Positions 61,146-64,000 of a stretch of 64,000 nt of DNA are shown one piece after another. The first letter of the stretch is position 1; each line of letters begins with the position of its first letter. Position numbers and translations under genes: made by a program. The stretch is from Desulfobacteraceae bacterium (GTDB taxonomy: Bacteria; Desulfobacterota; DSM-4660; Desulfatiglandales; HGW-15), in contig JASFHE010000001.1 of NCBI GenBank assembly GCA_050123415.1, positions 10,607-74,606 of the forward strand. The letters are read 5' to 3'. The notes under the pieces are model-generated. The model was not told where the DNA came from, did no database searches, and saw only the letters and a list, made by a program, of their open reading frames with translations.

Positions 61146-62441
61146 TTATATCAAATTTATTCGTTCGTGATGTTCAAACATACCCCATTTTTTAAGTGCA
61201 TCTGGAATTGTATTCCGCCAGAAATAATCGGTAAGGAGATAATTTGTATTCTTTACATGAGTATTTTGATCGGAAAGAATAATGTCTTTCAAAATACTTA
61301 TTAAATCTCTGGCAGATTTTATTCTTGATTGGTTTGCGTCACGGAAGATGAAACATTTTTCAACAAACCTAACCAAGTTGTCGTGTTCATGTGACTTGAT
61401 ATCTGGAGACTTTTTGAAATCAAGCCAAATCTTCTCCATTTCTTTAGTGAGTTCTGGATGTGAATCCTTTTGACGTTTTACAAAATATTCCTCAATGTGG
61501 TCCTGCCCTTTCGCAAATTCCTTGAACCATGACTTTACCCCTATCCGCTGAAGTGCTTTTGATCTATTTATAGTTTCAGTATGATATTTGAAAAACTCAT
61601 AAACTGTTATTTTCTTCATTGGATTATAGATGAAACGAGGATTGGAGAAATAACTATTTCCAAGCCTAAAAATATCAACCAGTGAAGATCTATACCGGCG
61701 GTAATGTTTTTGTACGAATTCAAAACTTTTTTTATAGGATTGCGAAGATTTTCGGTGGGAAACAAACCAGTGGAGTTTCATAATTTCGGCAAGAATCTTT
61801 TCTGTGACTTGATCTAAGGAATTATGATTTTCCCTGACAAGTTTTCTTTTTTTCTTTTTTGTTAAATTGCCAACTGTTTTCTTTTCCGGTAATAGTTCAT
61901 ACAATGCTTTCCGTAATGGAGATTTTTTACGTCTACGGTAAACGAGTTTTCCATTTGCTACTAAGGCATCCATCGAATTGTTTTCCAACATATTATGTGG
62001 TAACGACGACGGCCCCAAGGCCGGAGGAGTGTTATCTACTTTTTCCGAAAAAGCCTCTTGACTTGCTTTTTCGTCAAGTAGCATATGGACTATATCTGGA
62101 AGATATAGGACACCACGTACACACATACCCCTACGCGTGGAGGAATCCAAGTAAAATTTTACTTGCAAATATAGGTTTTCCGGAGATTCATCCATCAATC
62201 TTGATCCGGTTATCCTTGTTTTAAAAACCTTTTTCTTTTTTGGATCGAAAAGCCTTACTGATAATTTTATTTTTATATCTTTGAAACCCCGGAGAGTTTT
62301 AATTGTATTTATTAATTCTCCGTTCGTTTTAAATGTTCTTCCAATTTCGATAGTTGTTTTATAAATCATACTATCACCATGTTTAAATTGTTTAATCCTG
62401 CTTTGTGCCTTCATGTTGGTTGATCGATATATTAGAAACAC
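61146..62441 (-). CDS. hypothetical protein (between primase and helicase)
   Basis: 431-aa ORF with no motif recognised. A helicase loader role is possible from position only. Confidence 0.45.
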   Translation of the reverse strand: MFLIYRSTNMKAQSRIKQFKHGDSMIYKTTIEIGRTFKTNGELINTIKTLRGFKDIKIKLSVRLFDPKKKKVFKTRITGSRLMDESPENLYLQVKFYLDSSTRRGMCVRGVLYLPDIVHMLLDEKASQEAFSEKVDNTPPALGPSSLPHNMLENNSMDALVANGKLVYRRRKKSPLRKALYELLPEKKTVGNLTKKKKRKLVRENHNSLDQVTEKILAEIMKLHWFVSHRKSSQSYKKSFEFVQKHYRRYRSSLVDIFRLGNSYFSNPRFIYNPMKKITVYEFFKYHTETINRSKALQRIGVKSWFKEFAKGQDHIEEYFVKRQKDSHPELTKEMEKIWLDFKKSPDIKSHEHDNLVRFVEKCFIFRDANQSRIKSARDLISILKDIILSDQNTHVKNTNYLLTDYFWRNTIPDALKKWGMFEHHERINLI

Positions 62442-62504
62442 AATACAATATAAGACTTGATAATAAAATTGATCACCACTGCGTTCTCCTCATTGGATTA
62501 CTAA

Positions 62505-62575
62505 TTTGGAAGAAGACTCCAACCGGGTCAATGGTCAGTTGATTTGGTGGGAATTGGCTGAAGTCTTCCTCCAAA
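62505..62575. repeat. 14-bp imperfect inverted repeat abutting the primase stop codon
   Basis: tttggaagaagact (62505-62518) and agtcttcctccaaa (62562-62575), with one mismatch and a 43-nt spacer. Confidence 0.6.
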
Positions 62576-63496
62576 TTAGTAATCAAAACCAACGGCGCGT
62601 TTTATTTCCTCAACGTGGGTATTTTTTAATTTTCCAGGATCCTTGTATTTATTCAATTTTAGAATATGAGTTCTCCTGGCAATTGGCGCCAAGATGTTTG
62701 CGACTCGTTTTGATTCTCTTCGTCCTGTTTTATCATTATCATAAAATAAATATAGGTTATTGATTTTCTTTGCTGCCAATTCCAATATACGTTGTGCAGT
62801 GATCTTTACTCCCATAAAACAAAATGTTCCATCACCCATCTTCCAAACATCAGTTGGACCTTCCACACAAAATGCATCTTTATATGGTTTGATGGAATCA
62901 AGGTTGTAAATTGCTTCACGTGGATCGATGACGCAATCCAGGCGTGCCGCTGCCTTGTATCTTAATTGTTGAGAATCTGTAACATCACGGGAAGTATAGG
63001 CGACAAGTTTATTATTTTGATAGATTGGAATGATGATTCGAAATTTGAATGGACCGTGGGTATAACAGGCAAAAAGATTATATTTCCGTATAATCTGACG
63101 CGGGTTAAACCCACGGCTTTTAAGGTAGCGGAGATGGATGGAAGGGAATTCTTTTGTTGCCTCTGGAGGTAATTGGGCCCGTTGGAGTACATTAAAAGGA
63201 GATTTGGTGTTTTTATTTTCTGACGATTCATCTCCAACGGGTCCAGTTACATCCAGAGACTTAATAATTTTTTTTGCTTCTTTGAGAGTACAACCAACAA
63301 TACTCTTAACAACATTGCCGAAATAATGGCTTCCACACTTCCAACAGGAAGTTTTCAGATCTGATTTCCGAATACCAAGGTGGTTGCTTTGATCATCACA
63401 AAACATACAATTGATATTAATCCAACCCTTGGCGACGTTCTTACCGCTCGTCCAGTACTGTACTCCATATTCCTCAAAGAAGTCTTTTAGATCCAT
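62576..63496 (-). CDS. DNA primase (Zn-ribbon + TOPRIM, DnaG/T7 gp4 type)
   Basis: NCMFCDDQSNHLG...CWKCGSH (zinc-binding domain), FCVEGPTDVWKM (E-G-x-x-D) and LFYDNDKTGRRE (D-x-D). Confidence 0.8.
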   Translation of the reverse strand: MDLKDFFEEYGVQYWTSGKNVAKGWININCMFCDDQSNHLGIRKSDLKTSCWKCGSHYFGNVVKSIVGCTLKEAKKIIKSLDVTGPVGDESSENKNTKSPFNVLQRAQLPPEATKEFPSIHLRYLKSRGFNPRQIIRKYNLFACYTHGPFKFRIIIPIYQNNKLVAYTSRDVTDSQQLRYKAAARLDCVIDPREAIYNLDSIKPYKDAFCVEGPTDVWKMGDGTFCFMGVKITAQRILELAAKKINNLYLFYDNDKTGRRESKRVANILAPIARRTHILKLNKYKDPGKLKNTHVEEIKRAVGFDY

Positions 63497-63502
63497 TTAA
63501 AA

Positions 63503-63781
63503 TCAATCCTTGCATTTGTGTTCTTGTCCGGCGAAAACAATTTGATTGCATTTTTTACAGGTGTAAGAGGTTGAATTCATCATAGAATCATATTTATTAT
63601 GAAATGGCTTAAAACGAATTAATGCTTGACCGTTCATGCAGATCCAAATTCTACCGTCTTCGGCGATTTGTATCCCGAAATCTCCATGAACTGCGCTGAT
63701 TTTCATATCTTGTTCTATGGAGATAATTCCATCCTGGTGTGTTTCATCATATGGTTTAATTTTCTTCTTTTCTATTGCCAT
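63503..63781 (-). CDS. hypothetical protein with C-terminal CxxC...HKC
   Basis: 92-aa ORF; YTCKKCNQIVFAGQEHKC. Confidence 0.4.
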   Translation of the reverse strand: MAIEKKKIKPYDETHQDGIISIEQDMKISAVHGDFGIQIAEDGRIWICMNGQALIRFKPFHNKYDSMMNSTSYTCKKCNQIVFAGQEHKCKD

Positions 63782-63785
63782 TATT

Positions 63786-63983
63786 TTATCCTTCTATATT
63801 AATTTTATATTGTATTGGTTCTGTTGAAATACTTTTTCCACACGGACATTTAAATTCCTCATCTTCATCAAGATAAAAGTATTTTATTTTCCTACCACAT
63901 GGACATCTTATTATAGAAGATTCAATATTTTCATTAGTTAATAACTGTCCATCAAATAATGTTATTTTATTTGTGTCTTTCAT
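63786..63983 (-). CDS. Zn-ribbon protein
   Basis: CPCG...CPCG. Confidence 0.4.
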   Translation of the reverse strand: MKDTNKITLFDGQLLTNENIESSIIRCPCGRKIKYFYLDEDEEFKCPCGKSISTEPIQYKINIEG

Positions 63984-64000
63984 TTTTCCTCCTGTAAAGT

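Noticed and set aside
1-64000. Stop codon reassignment (suppressor tRNA-type recoding)
   Set aside because: TAA, TAG and TGA all terminate well-supported genes at operon-consistent positions, often overlapping the next start codon. No long ORF is broken by a recurrent in-frame stop.

Overview
This window is a contiguous piece of a tailed dsDNA phage or prophage genome. Two convergent arms meet at about 31.73 kb.

**Plus strand, 1-24.1 kb (virion module):** It holds a Mu F/SPP1 gp7-like head morphogenesis protein (5' partial), three tandem paralogs, a GT4-like glycosyltransferase, an M15 peptidase, a scaffold and a major capsid protein. Connector proteins, a tail tube protein and a tail assembly chaperone follow; the chaperone has a U UUU UUA -1 frameshift site and an open -1 frame. 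Then come a 1031-aa tape measure and a lambda/GTA-like tail tip (DUF2460-like, BR0599-like, NlpC/P60, gpJ-like host specificity protein). No sheath gene is visible, so the tail looks siphovirus-like. Small membrane and lipoprotein genes follow.

**Plus strand, 24.5-31.7 kb (glycan island):** Four recognisable glycosyltransferases (two GT-B-like, two GT-A/GT2-like, one of which is like polypeptide GalNAc-transferase), one possible further GT-A-like protein, one hexapeptide acetyltransferase and two SAM methyltransferases.

**Minus strand, 31.7-64 kb:** Many small early genes (numerous Zn-ribbon and membrane miniproteins), plus a replication, recombination and nucleotide-metabolism module.
- Replication: primase, DnaB-like helicase, sliding clamp, RFC-like clamp loader interrupted by an HNH homing endonuclease, PolIII alpha fused to a UDG family-4-like domain, and a 5'-3' exonuclease.
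- Recombination and repair: gp32-like SSB, RecA/UvsX-like recombinase, and Mre11/SbcD flanked by the two halves of a split Rad50/SbcC.
- Nucleotide metabolism and modification: divergent thymidylate-synthase-like enzyme, dCMP deaminase, MazG, DNA methyltransferase and GNAT.

**Main finding:** Four virion proteins end in pure Thr/Ser tails one residue before the stop codon, and the genome carries five recognisable glycosyltransferase genes (plus one possible further one) with glycan-tailoring enzymes. I read this as a phage-encoded mucin-type virion O-glycosylation system. This is an inference and is not proven.

**Other notable items:**
- a 165-nt tRNA-like element that is too long to be a normal tRNA
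- the split Rad50
- the PolIII alpha-UDG fusion
- an acidic HeH-repeat protein with its own terminator
- a 65-aa fibre-like module present three times

All functional calls rest on motif recognition by eye; no database search was run.
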